A stretch of 64,000 nucleotides of DNA from Cetorhinus maximus (lineage: Eukaryota), in the NCBI RefSeq assembly GCF_964194155.1, contig NC_135904.1:992001-1056000 (forward strand), read 5' to 3'. Position numbers and translations under genes: made by a program. Below the pieces are notes generated by a model. That model was not told where the DNA came from, did not search any database, and worked only from the letters and a program-made list of their open reading frames with translations. Below are positions 1 to 11,300 of the stretch, piece by piece; the first letter of the stretch is position 1; each line of letters begins with the position of its first letter.

Positions 1-309
1 GAAATCAAATGGTGCTCATCTAATCAGTTTGCCATCAGTCCCAGACTATGAAACAAATTGAGGAAACAACTAGTCAGAAGGATGTAGCTTAGTTTGCTCG
101 GCTCATCCATGCTAAATGGTTGGTCTGGCAAGGCGCTGAAATTTGAATTATACCTTGAAAGCTTAATGTCGTCGCGTAAAATCTGTAAGCAATGGAATGT
201 ATAAAAGATAATTAAATAGCCGTTTGCTGACACAGGATCTCACTATTAACTAACTTTCTAATTACCATAAAAACGATCTAAAAAAGACAATTTATTTTAT
301 TAATTTACA

Positions 310-480
310 GGATGCTGGCTTCACTGGCTAGGCCAGCATTTATTGCCCACCCCTAACTGCCCTCCAGAAGGTGGTGGTGAGCTGCTTTCTTGAACCGCTG
401 CAGTCCCTGTGGTGGAGGTTCACCCACAGTGCTGTGAGGGAGGGAGTTCCAGGATTTTGACTCTGTTGCTTTAAAGGCAA
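310..480 (-). mobile_element. 3' end fragment of a non-LTR retrotransposon (family also at 8155-9405)
   Basis: GGCTAGGCCAGCATTTATTGCCCA...GGTGGTGAGCTGC...GGGAGTTCCAGGATTTTGAC block recurs at 3295, 16200, 17350, 27145, 41390 and 53620; minus-strand remnant SKSWNSLP is typical of a LINE ORF2 C-terminus. Confidence 0.8.
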
Positions 481-1494
481 CTGAGGCCATATGTCGGCTG
501 AACCCATTGACACTAATTGGCTGTTGGATGAAAACTATCTTTACTCTTACAAGTACCATAACAAGGCAGGTAGCATTCGCACTGGGATCTCTTCCACATT
601 CAATCGTGGAGGATGTTCTCTCTACGAACAATGTTAATGTGCTGTAAATGTGCCTTCATACAGGCAGACGGATGTTTTATTTTCAATGGGCAGTTTTGAT
701 CTATAATGATTACATTCGAATATATTAAACGTTTACCAAGTACCACGTGGGCATCTTCTTTGTTAGGTGTACAATGAGGAAACAATTACAGCAATTTGCC
801 TAGGATACGGGAAAGAGTCACTACTCAGGAATAAAAAGGAAAACCTTTAGACCACGATCCCGAGAGCAAATGGAAAATATTCAGATTCAGGCCGAGAGAG
901 AACTGTAAAGGCTATAAAACTACAATGAAGGCTGCTTAAACCCCGCTTATTTTCAATTGTTTTTTAAACGACGAATGGTTAGCTTCCCCCAAAGGGTTAG
1001 GAATAAAGCTACCTCCCCCCCCCCCCCCCCACCCTGAACAGCCACAAACAGCAAAGCCACTTTCCCTCCGAGCGGGAAACAGAAAAGACAAAAAGCCGAA
1101 TTTGCGCCGCAGGAAAAGCGCGTCGCAAAAAACCATCAATCGCAGGATCCAAATCCCCCCGCGTTTCAGGTGGAAGAGTGAGGGGCACATTGTGATGGAA
1201 ATGGGGGTCCGGGTGCGCGACAAAGCGGGTGTTAGACCCGCTCGGGGGGGGGGGGGGGCTTTGCGGGCGGCGGGGGCTCCGGGGGGGGGGGGGGGGGGAG
1301 AGGGGGAGGGAGCGGGGGGTGGGAAGGGGCGCTAACTTGGTGAGAAGTTTTAAGCTGAAAGAGGCGGGACGGCGGGGGGACTGAGCAGGGACCGGCCGGA
1401 GAGGCCTGAAGCTCAGGCGGCCCCACACACACACACACAGAGGCTGAGGAAGGGAATCGGCAGGCGGGAAGGTTAAAGGGGAGAAATTCATTAC

Positions 1495-1577
1495 GTTTTA
1501 TCCGGCGTTTCGTTTTCTTCGTGCGGAGTATTTTCCACGTTCTGCACCGCCTGAGGCTCCTCTTTGATCTCCTCCAT
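1495..1577 (-). CDS. Putative first coding exon of an unidentified gene divergent from CLPX (MEEIKEEPQAVQNVENTPHEENETPDK...)
   Basis: ATG in strong Kozak context GCCGCGATGG inside a CpG island; 83 nt followed by donor-like AAC|GTAATG; protein not recognised. Confidence 0.5.
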
Positions 1578-1685
1578 CGCGGCTCGCCTTCAAATCGCGC
1601 TCTGTGAATCGGCCAGCGCACACTCTCCCTCCGAGCCCGGGGCCTTCAGTCTCCGCCCCTCCCCCCCTCCACAATCTCGCGAGAA

Positions 1686-1978
1686 CCCGAGCCTGGCCCC
1701 GCCTCCCTCCCGCCCGAGCCTGGCCCCGCCTCCCTCCCTAGCCTGGCCCCGCCTCCCTCCCGCCCGAGCCTGGCCCCACCAGCCCGAGCCTGGCCCCGCC
1801 TCCCTCCCTCCCGTCCGAGCCTGGCCCCGCCTCCCTCCCTCCCGTCCGAGCCTGGCCCCGCCTCCCTCCCTCCCGCCCGCGCTTGGCCCCGCCTCCCTCC
1901 CGCCCGAGCCTGGCCCTGCCTCCCGTCCGAGCCTGGCCCCGCCTCCCTCCCTCCCGCCCGATCCTGGCCCCGCCCCCA
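1686..1978. repeat. GC-rich minisatellite, unit ~CCCGAGCCTGGCCCCGCCTCCCTC(CCTC)
   Basis: About 11-12 imperfect units of ~20-29 bp visible directly. Confidence 0.9.
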
Positions 1979-2318
1979 CTCTGGACTCCTGGATGAGATG
2001 CAGCTGTCCCACTTCACCCTGGCCATGTCCTCTCAGCCTAACCGTGGGGCTGGAAACTGGGTTAAACCCCCTCCCCCGGGCTGTATGTTTGACATGTAAT
2101 TAATATTGTAAATAGTAACTGTATTTTTAAAAGTAATGAGTAACATACAGCAATGGAAAAAAAACTGATTTGGTTTTGCACCTTATGTAATGTCAACTTC
2201 AAACAGTCATGTAAAATTTATAAATTTTATGAATAAAGTATACTTTTGGAAAAATAGTCCTCTTGGATGATAGTAACTATTTCTTAAAGGTAATGAACAC
2301 AGCATTGGAAGAAACTGA

Positions 2319-2830
2319 GATAAAAACAAAACACTGCGGATGCTGGAAATCCAAAACAGAAACAGAAATACCTGGAAAAACTCAGCAGGTCTGGCAGCAT
2401 CTGCGGAGAGGAATACAGTTAACGTTTCGAGTCCTCATGACCCTTCAACAGAACTAAGTAAAATTAGGAAAGGGGTGAAATATAAGCTGGTTTAAGGGGT
2501 GAGGGGGGGGGTTGTTGGGACAAACAGCCAGTGATAGGAGGAGATAACCAAGGAGATTACTCTTAATTAGCACATTCCTTTAGATAATATCACCACCTTC
2601 AACACCTCTTTGTTCTTTTGTCTGTGACAGCTTTTGGTTATCTCCACCTATCACTGGCTGCTTGTCCCCCCCCCCCCACCTTAAACCAGCTTATATTTCA
2701 CCCCTTTCCTAATTTTACTTAGTTCTGTTGAAGGGTCATGAGGACTCGAAACGTCAACTGTGTTCCTCTCCGCCGATGCTGCCAACCTGCTGAGTTTTTC
2801 CAGGTATTTCTGTTCCTGTTTTTGTTTTGT
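2319..2830. mobile_element. Fold-back (inverted-arm) Penelope-associated non-autonomous element with 15-bp TSD
   Basis: Arms ~2353-2551 and ~2634-2828 are reverse complements; ATTGGAAGAAACTGA direct repeat at 2304-2318 and 2831-2845; arm sequence matches the 3' terminus of the Penelope-like element at 5100-6175. Confidence 0.8.
2721..2759 (+). ncRNA. Minimal type I hammerhead-ribozyme-like motif (core variant CUGUUGA)
   Basis: AGTT-CTGTTGA-A-GGGTC-ATGAG-GACTC-GAAAC-GTC-AACT: helix I AGTT/AACT, helix II [14 protein letters not shown] core; mirrored on the minus strand at 2417-2455. Confidence 0.55.
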
Positions 2831-3294
2831 ATTGGAAGAAACTGAATTGGTTTTGTACCTCATGTAATGTCAACTCCAAACTGTCATGTAATGTACTTTT
2901 ATCAATTTTATGAATAAAGTATGTTTTTGGAAAAAAAAATGTCCTCTTGGATCCTGTCAATTTCCTTTTCATTTTCCCAGTAACCAGAAATGTTAGCATC
3001 TAGGCACACACATAGCAACATATTTTATAGTGGGAATTACATAGAATATGTATCATAGAAAGAACTCATTAAAAAGTTGTAATGAATGAAGAGACACTGC
3101 TGCAATTTGATTGAACACTTTTTTGGGTGAGAATACAACACTAGACCACAGAATTTCTATGGGCTTTTGCACTAGGGGTTGCAGTAATTAGAGATCCACT
3201 TCAGGGTCGCTCCCTCTACAGACTTTCTTGGATATATGGGAACAGACCAAGCATCTATGTATCTCCTGAACTAATCAGACTTTTTAATTCTTTC

Positions 3295-3492
3295 AAGGGG
3301 TGTGGATGTTGCTGGGCTAGGCCAGCATTTATATTGCCCATTCCTAATTGCCCTTGAGAAAATGGTGTGAGCCACCTTTTTGAACCACTGCAGGTCATGT
3401 GGTATAGGTACATCCACAGTGCTGTTAGCGAGGGAGTTCCAGGATCCTGACTCAGCAACAGTGAAGGAACAGCAATATAGTTCCGAGTCAGA
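3295..3492 (-). mobile_element. LINE 3' end fragment
   Basis: Same 3' terminal block as 310-480. Confidence 0.8.
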
Positions 3493-4019
3493 CTGAAGAA
3501 TGGTTATTAATAAGTCATACAGAGTCCAAACCAAGAAGTGCTTGTTAATATTACCAATGCTGACTTTATAGAGTAATTGTAGACAGAAGGAGCCCATTCA
3601 GCATTAATCATACACCGAAAACAAACCAGAGAAACAAAGATCAAATTAGAGGCAGAAAGAAAAAGTTAAATTACATTTTTTATTTTTAAATCTCACAATA
3701 ATAATTGGAAGGAATGAGACTACACATTTGTGAAGATTAATTTTCAGTGCCAGGGAGGTTGGCAATAAATAAGAATTATCGCACCATTAAATATCCACTT
3801 ATACTAGAATGGACAGCCTTCACTTTTTCTGGTGAGATTAGTGGGTTTCTAGTTGTTAAATGCAGCAACTACAAATGCTCCGTGTGTTTCAATGGTGAGT
3901 CAGTAAGATACTGGTATAATGAAATTTGGAGGAACAGGGCAATGCAGACAGAAACTTACTGATTTCTGCATTTAACTGTACGGTTGCTGGAAGTTGCCTC
4001 TAGACTTGACTACTCAAAC

Positions 4020-4470
4020 ACACTCCTGGCCAGCCTCCCATTTTCTATCTTCCATAAACTTGCGGTCATCCAAAACTCTCTTCTTCCCCTATTTTAACCT
4101 GCATTTGCTCATCACCTCTGTGCTTACAGGTCTACATTGGTTCTCAGTTAAACAATACCTTGGTTTTAAAATTTTCCTCCTTCTTTTCAAACCCCTCCAT
4201 GGCCTCACCCTTCCCTATCTCCATAATCTGCCCCAGCCCTACAACCTTCCAAGATATCCTCATTCCTCCAATTCTGGTAACTCGAGCATCTGAAATTTTG
4301 ATTACTTCACCCATGGCAGGCATGCTTTCAGCTGCAAAAGCTCTAAGCTCTGGAATTCCCTCCCTAAGCCTCTTCAACTATCTACCTCTCTTTTCTCCTT
4401 TAAGGTGTACTTAAAACCAACCTCTTTGGTTAAGCGTTCATCTGTCCTAATACCTCCTAATGTGGCTCAC
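4020..4470 (+). mobile_element. L2-clade LINE fragment
   Basis: Remnant LHWFSVKQYLGFKIFLLLFKPLHGLTLPYL resembles the L2 ORF2 C-terminal motif LHWLP..RI.FKIL.L.FK.LHGLAP.YL. Confidence 0.75.
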
Positions 4471-5099
4471 CCATGAATTTATTAAATACTTTTCCAAAGC
4501 TGTGTTTTGCATTGATATTAATCAAACCAGAGTTTGAATTGTACCACAAGGTGCAAGTTGTTTGTTCCTTTTAAAAAGCTACACCCTGAAGAAATTCAGT
4601 CAAAAGTGGAACAAATAATTGTTTTACAAATACATTTTTAACTCTTTCTTGTTTTGGTCTAATATAATACCAGTTTTAAATCCCTTATATAATTCTTACT
4701 TACTCTCTCACTCTTCCTCCCGTTTACACGCCAATTTGTCCTTGTTCCACAAACCACAGATACTTATTCTCACCAGCCAGACAGTTGTCTTTGAAATTGC
4801 AAAAATAAACGTGTTTGTTTCACTTGATTTATTACCAATGGAGGAATCCCAGTCACTTCTTGAAAATGAATTAATTTCTTCAGTCACAACTCAAAAATAT
4901 CGGAGAAGAAATTGAACCCTTAAAATCAGTGTTGCTTATCACTCTGTGGAAAACAGCATGAAACTGGGCAAAAACGGCTGGCTTGGCAGCATCTTTAGAG
5001 TGAAATGGAGGTAGACAGGGAACGTGTGGGTGGGGGAAGGAAAAAATAAATGGTTAACAGGGCCCTCAACTGTTTCGGTTCCATTTCTTGAATTTCTGC

Positions 5100-6175
5100 T
5101 CTCACCTCTTGCCCTCCCCCCAATAACTAAGGTAAGGTTCCCTTGTCTTGATCTTCCACCCCACCAGCCTTTATATTCAACGAATCATCCCCCACCATTT
5201 CGGCTGCCTGCAGGGTGTGATGCCACCACCAAACACATCTTACCCTCCACTCCCCTTTCAGCATTATAAAAGGATTGTTCCCTCCTTGATACCCCGATCC
5301 ACTCCTCAATCATCCCAACACCCTCTCCCCTTCCCATGGTACCTTCCCATGCAAAAGCCAGAAATGCAACACTTGCCCTTAGACCTTCTCCCTTCCCAGA
5401 ACCCCAAACACTCCTTCCAGGTGAAATAGCAATTTATTTGTATTTCTTTCAATTTAGTATACTTATGTGTTGCGTGCAATACAGTTTCCTTTTCATTGAG
5501 AGACCAACATAGATTGGATGACCACTTGGCAGAAAACCTCCATTCAGTCTGAAAAGTGTAATCTCAAGCTTCTGGTTGTCTGTCATTTAATTCTGTGCCC
5601 CATTCCCACTCTGACCTCTCTGTCTTCAGCTTTCTACACTGTTCTCATGAAGCTCAATGTAAGCTCGAGGAAAAGTGCCTCATCATTCGATTAGGCGCTT
5701 TCACCTAATTAGCTTTCCGTACCCAACACAGTTCAACAATCTCAGAGCTTAACCCATGCCCCCATTTTTTGAGGACAGCTTTGGCAATGATGCTGCTATT
5801 CCCATTTGCACCTCCGCCAGACCCATTTAAGTTCCTTTACTCAACCCATTACCATTTCCTTTTGCCTTGCACCATCATCCCTTTTGTCATTTAATCTCTC
5901 CTGCCTTTCAATTTATCACAGACCTTCCCTTTTGTTCTCACCCCCTTTCTTGCCTCTGTACATGCTTAAAATGTGTTTTGTCTCTAACCATTCCAGTTCT
6001 GATGAAGAAAAAAAGATTTGCATCTGTATAGCACTTTTCACAACCAACGGGCATCTCAAAGGGCTCTCAAGAAGAGTCATACGGACTCAAAACATTAACT
6101 CTGTTTCGCTCTCTACAGATGCTGCCAGACCTGCTGATTTTTTCCAGCATTTTCTGTTTTTATTTCAGATTTCCA
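5100..6175 (+). mobile_element. Decayed Penelope-like element (GIY-YIG endonuclease remnant plus 3' terminus)
   Basis: Frameshifted remnants GTFPCKSQKCNTCP, PKHSFQVK, NLVY, RLDDHLAE match the PLE Cys-rich linker and GIY-YIG region; terminus carries CTGATGAAG...GACTCAAAACATTAACT. Confidence 0.75.
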
Positions 6176-6496
6176 AAGGACAGACTGAATAACTTATATA
6201 AAATGTTTAAGGTATTTTTGATGTTTTAACAGACTGCAGGCACCCTTCTTTACCAAAAGCTGCTACATTGGCTGTACAGCATTATAATGTAGCCATTAGT
6301 CCTGTGATATTAACAAGTTATTTAACCCAAAATTTGTCTTATTCTGCATCCCTGATTTCTCCTGCCCTACTATCAGCAGCAGTGCCTTCAGCAGTACCTA
6401 GATTTGAGAATTCCCTTCCTAAACTTTTCCACCTCTCTATCCTCATTTAAGGGACACCATCAGAACAACTGCTCACCAGTCCTCAAGGTTCCATTA

Positions 6497-7885
6497 GATT
6501 AGAAAATAGCAAATGTAACTCTTTCATTCAAAGAGGGAGGGAGACAGGAAGCAGGAAACTACAGGCCAGTTAGCTTAACATCTGTCATGGAGAAAATGTT
6601 AAAAGTTATTATTAAAGATGTTATAGCAGAGCACTTAGAAAAGTTTAAGGCAATCAGGCAGAGTCAACGTGGTTTTGTGAAAGGGAAATCATGTTTAACC
6701 AATTTATTCAAGCTCTTTGAAGGAGTCACATGTGCTGTGGATAAAGGGGAATCGGTGGGTGTACTGTACTTAGATTTCGAGAAGGTATTTGGTAAGGTGC
6801 CACATCAAAGGTTATTGCAGAAAATAAAAGATCATGGTGTAGGGGGTAACATGTTGTTATGGATAGAAGATTGGCTAGCTAACAGGAAACAGAGGGTAGC
6901 CATAAACGGGTCTTTTTCTGGTTGACGGGATGTAATGAGTGGTGTGCCACAGGGATCAGTGCTGGGGCCTCAACCTTTTACAATTTATATAAATAACTTG
7001 GATGAAGGGACAGATGGTATGGTTACTAGATTTGAAGACAACACAAAGATAGGTAGGAAATTAAGTTGTGAAGAGGACATAAGGAGGCTACAAAGGGATA
7101 TAGATAGGTTAAGTGAGTGGGCAAAGATCTGGCAAATGGAGTATAACGTGAGCAAATGTGAAATTGTCCATTTTGGCAGGAAGAAGCATATTATCTAAAG
7201 GTTGACAGATTGCAGTGCTCTGAGATTTAGAAGGATCTGGGTGTCCTAATGCATGAATCATAAAATGCTAGTATGCAGGTACAGCAAGTAATTTGGAAAG
7301 CTGATAGAATGTTATTGTTTATTGTGAGGGGAATTGAATACAAAAGTAGGAAGGTTATGTTTCAGTTGTGCAGGGCACTGTACATCTGGAGTACTGTGTA
7401 CAGTATTGGTCTCCTTATTTAAGGAAAGATGTAATACCAGGAATGGGTGGGTTGTCTTATAAGGTTGGACAGGTTAGTCTTGTATCCACTGGAGTTTGGA
7501 AGACTAAGAGGTGACCTGGTCGAAACGTTTAAGATTCTGAGGGGTCTCGACAGAGTAGATGTGGAGAGGATGTTTCCTCTTATGGGAGAATCCGGAACTA
7601 GGGGTCACAGTTTAAAAATAAGGGGTCACTCGTTTAAGACAGAGATGAGGAGAAACTTTTTCTCTCAGAGGGTCATGAGTCTTTGGAACTCTCTTCCTCA
7701 AAAGGCATTGGGAGCAGGGTCTTTGAATATTTTTAAGGCAGAGCTAGATAGATTCTTGATAAACAAGGGGTGAAAGGTTATCAGGGGTAGGCAGAAGGTT
7801 ACAATTAGATCAGCCAAGATCTTATTGAATGGTGGAGCAGTCTTGAGGGGCCAAGTGGCCTACTTCTGCTCCATGTTTGTATGTA
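6497..7885 (+). mobile_element. CR1 LINE, 5'-truncated (RT domain to 3' UTR)
   Basis: ORF remnants QRGFVKGKSCLTNL, YLDFEKVFGKVPH, SGVPQGSVLGP, WQMEYNVSKC, FFSQRVMSLWNSLP; stops and frameshifts. Confidence 0.92.
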
Positions 7886-8154
7886 ATATCTCCATCTGTG
7901 GCTCAGTCTCAAATTAGGTTTAATAATGCTTCTATGAAGTGTTTTGTGACATTACACTATGTTAAAGGCACTGCATATATATAATATGGTTATTATTGAT
8001 GTTAGCGTTAACACTGCATTAATCTATAGCAATGAATTGTACCCTACCTTCCTAAAGCAAAGTCCAAATTGTCTTTACAAAGCAGTTTATTGATTGAAAA
8101 AGGCAATTAAAAAGAGATGCTTTTATTTAGTTATCGAAAGCTGTACCATTATTT

Positions 8155-9405
8155 TAAACTATCAGCAATGATGCATGGTGTTGTCGACAGTGCTTCGTTC
8201 AAGTGGCATTTCTTCACCAATAACCTGCTTAATGATGCTCAGTCTGGGTTTTGTCAGAAGCGTTCAGTTCCAGAGCTCGTTACAGCCTTGCTCCAAATAT
8301 GGAAAGCTGAGCTGAATTCCACAGGTGAGGTGAGAGTGACTGCCCTTGACATCAAGGCAGCATTCCATTAAGTGCATCATCAAGTAGCCCTCATAAATTG
8401 AAATCAATGGGGATTGGGGGGGTCAATTCTCCAGTAGCTGGAGTAACCCTAGCACAAAGGAAGATGGTTGCGGTTGTCACAGGAGTTTCTTAAGGTAGTG
8501 TTCTATACCCAACTATCTTCAGCTGCTTCATCAATGACCCTTACTCCATCATAAGGTCAAATGTGGGATGTTCACTAATGATTGCATTGTTCAGTTTCAT
8601 TCACAACTCTTCAGATAATGAAGTCATCCATACCTGCATGTAACAAGGTCTTGAAACCGTTCAGACTTGACCTGATAAGTGACAAGTAACAACTGCAGCA
8701 AACAGTGCACAGCATGTGCAACAAACTTCATCTTGACATTCAACAGTATTACTATCCCTGAATCCTCCTCCGTCAACATTCTGGATGCCACCCTTAACTA
8801 GGGACTAAACTGATCAGCTACATAAAAGCTGTGCTTACTAAAGTGGGTCAGACATTGTGTATTCTGTGGCAAATGGCTCAACTCCTGGCTCTCCAGAGCC
8901 TCTCCACTATCTACAATGCACAAGTAAAGAGTATGTGGAAGACCCTCCATTTGATTGGATGGGTGCAGCTGCAACAACACTCAAGAAACTCAAAACCATC
9001 CAGAATATCTGATCAGGAGCCCATCCACCACCTTAAACATCACTCCCTTTCCCACCAGCACACTGTGATGGTGTACATTATCTAAAGGCTGCACTGTAGT
9101 AACTCATCAAAGCTTCTTTAATAGCACCTCCCAAACCCACCACCTTTGCCACCTAGAAGGATAAGGTTATCAGGCATATGCGGACACCATCACCTCCAAG
9201 TTCCCTTCATGACACACACCATCTGACTTAGATATACATCGCTGTTCATCATCATCAATGGGTCAAAATTCTGGAGCTCCTTGTGGAATCATCACATAGA
9301 CAACAACAGTTCACCACCAGCTTCTCAAGGGTCTACTGTGGGACTTAAGACCATTCAGCCCTTCAATGGGCACCATGGATGACAATAAATGCTGGACTTG
9401 TTAGT
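8155..9405 (+). mobile_element. Decayed non-LTR retrotransposon RT region and 3' end (CR1/L2/Jockey-group, clade uncertain)
   Basis: NNLLNDAQSGF...VRVTALDIKAAF RT motifs; 3' end ACAATAAATGCTGG matches the recurrent fragments. Confidence 0.8.
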
Positions 9406-9444
9406 GAATCAATTAGTAAATTTAAGGAGATAATAGTTATTAAC

Positions 9445-9815
9445 AGAAAGAAAGACATGTATTAATACAGCACTTTTCACAAACTGAGGACTTTACAGGC
9501 AATTAAATATTTTTTGAAGATTTGTCACTGTTGGAATATAGAAAATATGAGAGCCACTTTGTGCATAGCAAGCTCTGACAAATAGGTGATAATAGCCACA
9601 TGACCTCTTACTGGTGATGTGGGTTGAGGGCTGAATATTGGCTAGGGCATCAGGCAGAACTCCCGTGCTCTTCTTCAAAATAGTGCCATGGGATCTTTTA
9701 TGTTCACTTGAGCGGGCAAATGGATCCTCAGTATAATGGCACATCTGAAAGGCAGTGCCTCCAACAGAAAATCACTCGCTTAGTATTGCATTGGTGTTAA
9801 CCTGGATTATGCGCT
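9445..9815 (-). mobile_element. Deu-domain SINE (SacSINE1/AmnSINE1-like)
   Basis: Reverse complement contains AAAAGATCCCATGGCACTATTTTGAAGAAGAGC and the SINE 3' tail; matches copies at 11075 and 13195. Confidence 0.65.
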
Positions 9816-11074
9816 CAATGGATACTAACTTAATTTAGTTGATAAATTAAATCAATATGCAGTTTATAACCATGATTAGAATCCTAAAATAATTTTGATT
9901 TTAAAATTACTCTGATACAATCTATATTCCCTTTAAAAGTTCTCCTTTTTTATGGTTCACACATTTGGTGTGTTTTTTTCCTAAAAAGCCAAAATGGTTT
10001 TCTGTGTAATTTTGAAATCTTTCCTACCATTCATTCTTTGTTAGTTGTGTCTTCATCCAAGCAAAGTTGTTGTGGATGTTGACAGAACTATAAAAAAGAG
10101 GACACTAATGAAGTAAGGGATGGGTCCTCTATGTTACGAGGCAAAGTTTCTTCTGGTTAGTAGTCTACAACCTGTTTCTTTGTAGCGTTTGGTTCACCCA
10201 TTTTTCTTTTTTCCCTGAAACTCTTACCAACTTTCCTCCTCAAACTCACAGGCACAAGTATGTCACTTTTACCACCACGACAAGTGAGTTCACCTAGCTC
10301 AGCATAGAGTGATAATCATACCAGGCATCTTCCTGTAACCTAACTCACACTAAGTCCCCTTCACCCATTACTTCTAGGCACCCTGATCTCTATTGGTTGA
10401 TTTGGTTACGCACTCGCTTACCTCCATCTCCAATGGTCTTGACCCCAGCTGAACCTTCACTGTCTCCTGTTCCTGCCATTCCTCCTGGTATGGACCCCTT
10501 GGTTGTTTTCTCAACTGCAAGGATGAAAACCTGAGCATATTTAACACACAACTGGCTTAGTGATCCATCAGCAGATCTGGTTAGAGCATGTCAAACTCTT
10601 ATCGGGCCTCATTCCTCTCTGCTAAAACTGACCATTGCTCATCCTAGAGTGCAAAGATAAACCCACTCTCGTTTTCCTATGATCAACTGTCTTGCTAAAT
10701 TCCATCTGTCCAACTCACCTCTAACAAAAATTGAGTTAATTATAGATTCTGTCGCTGAGATAGCAGCCATCTGTTCACCTGCCTTTGCTGCTGTTCTTTC
10801 TCCTTGTTCATTTAGTCAAATCTCTTCCAGCCCTCTCTTACTCTAGCCATTTTTTGTGTCCTGTTTGACCCTGAGCTGAGCTTCCAAACCCCCTCCATCA
10901 CAAAGGCTGTGTCATTTTACCTTTATAATATTGCCTGAGCTCCACTTGAATCTCAGCCATCCTGTTACTGAAACCCTCTACGTGTTTAAATTGCTGTGAC
11001 CTTCCCCCTCCTGTTCTCTGCAAACTCCTCCAGCCCCCAGCTCTGTAATTCCCTTGAGCTTTCTCCACCAGTGC

Positions 11075-11300
11075 AGTACAGAAGGACTGCACTTTCAGAG
11101 GTGCCGTTTTTCGGTTGAGACATTAAACTGAGGCTTCTCTGCCCTCTCAGCTGGACTTAAAATATCGCATGGCACCATTTTGAAGAAGAGCAAGGGAGCA
11201 AGCCTGATGTCCAAGACAATATTCAGCCTTCAAGCAATTTAACAAAATGGATTATCTGGTCATTATCACATTGTTCTTTGTGGGACCTTGCTGTGCAGTG
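11075..11300 (+). mobile_element. Deu-domain SINE fragment
   Basis: CTGCACTTTCAGAGGTGCCGTTTTTCGGTTGAGACATTAAACTGAGG...CCCTCTCAGCTGGAC Deu-core-like sequence. Confidence 0.65.

Larger units (their letters stand above)
1000..2000. promoter_or_regulatory. CpG island / probable promoter and first exon region of a minus-strand gene
   Basis: Very GC- and CpG-rich against an AT-rich background; poly-G runs; many CCCCGCC GC boxes. Confidence 0.75.

Noticed and set aside
1009-2103. Long Pro/Gly/Arg-rich ORFs in the ORF track
   Set aside because: By-products of GC-rich CpG island and minisatellite sequence lacking stop codons
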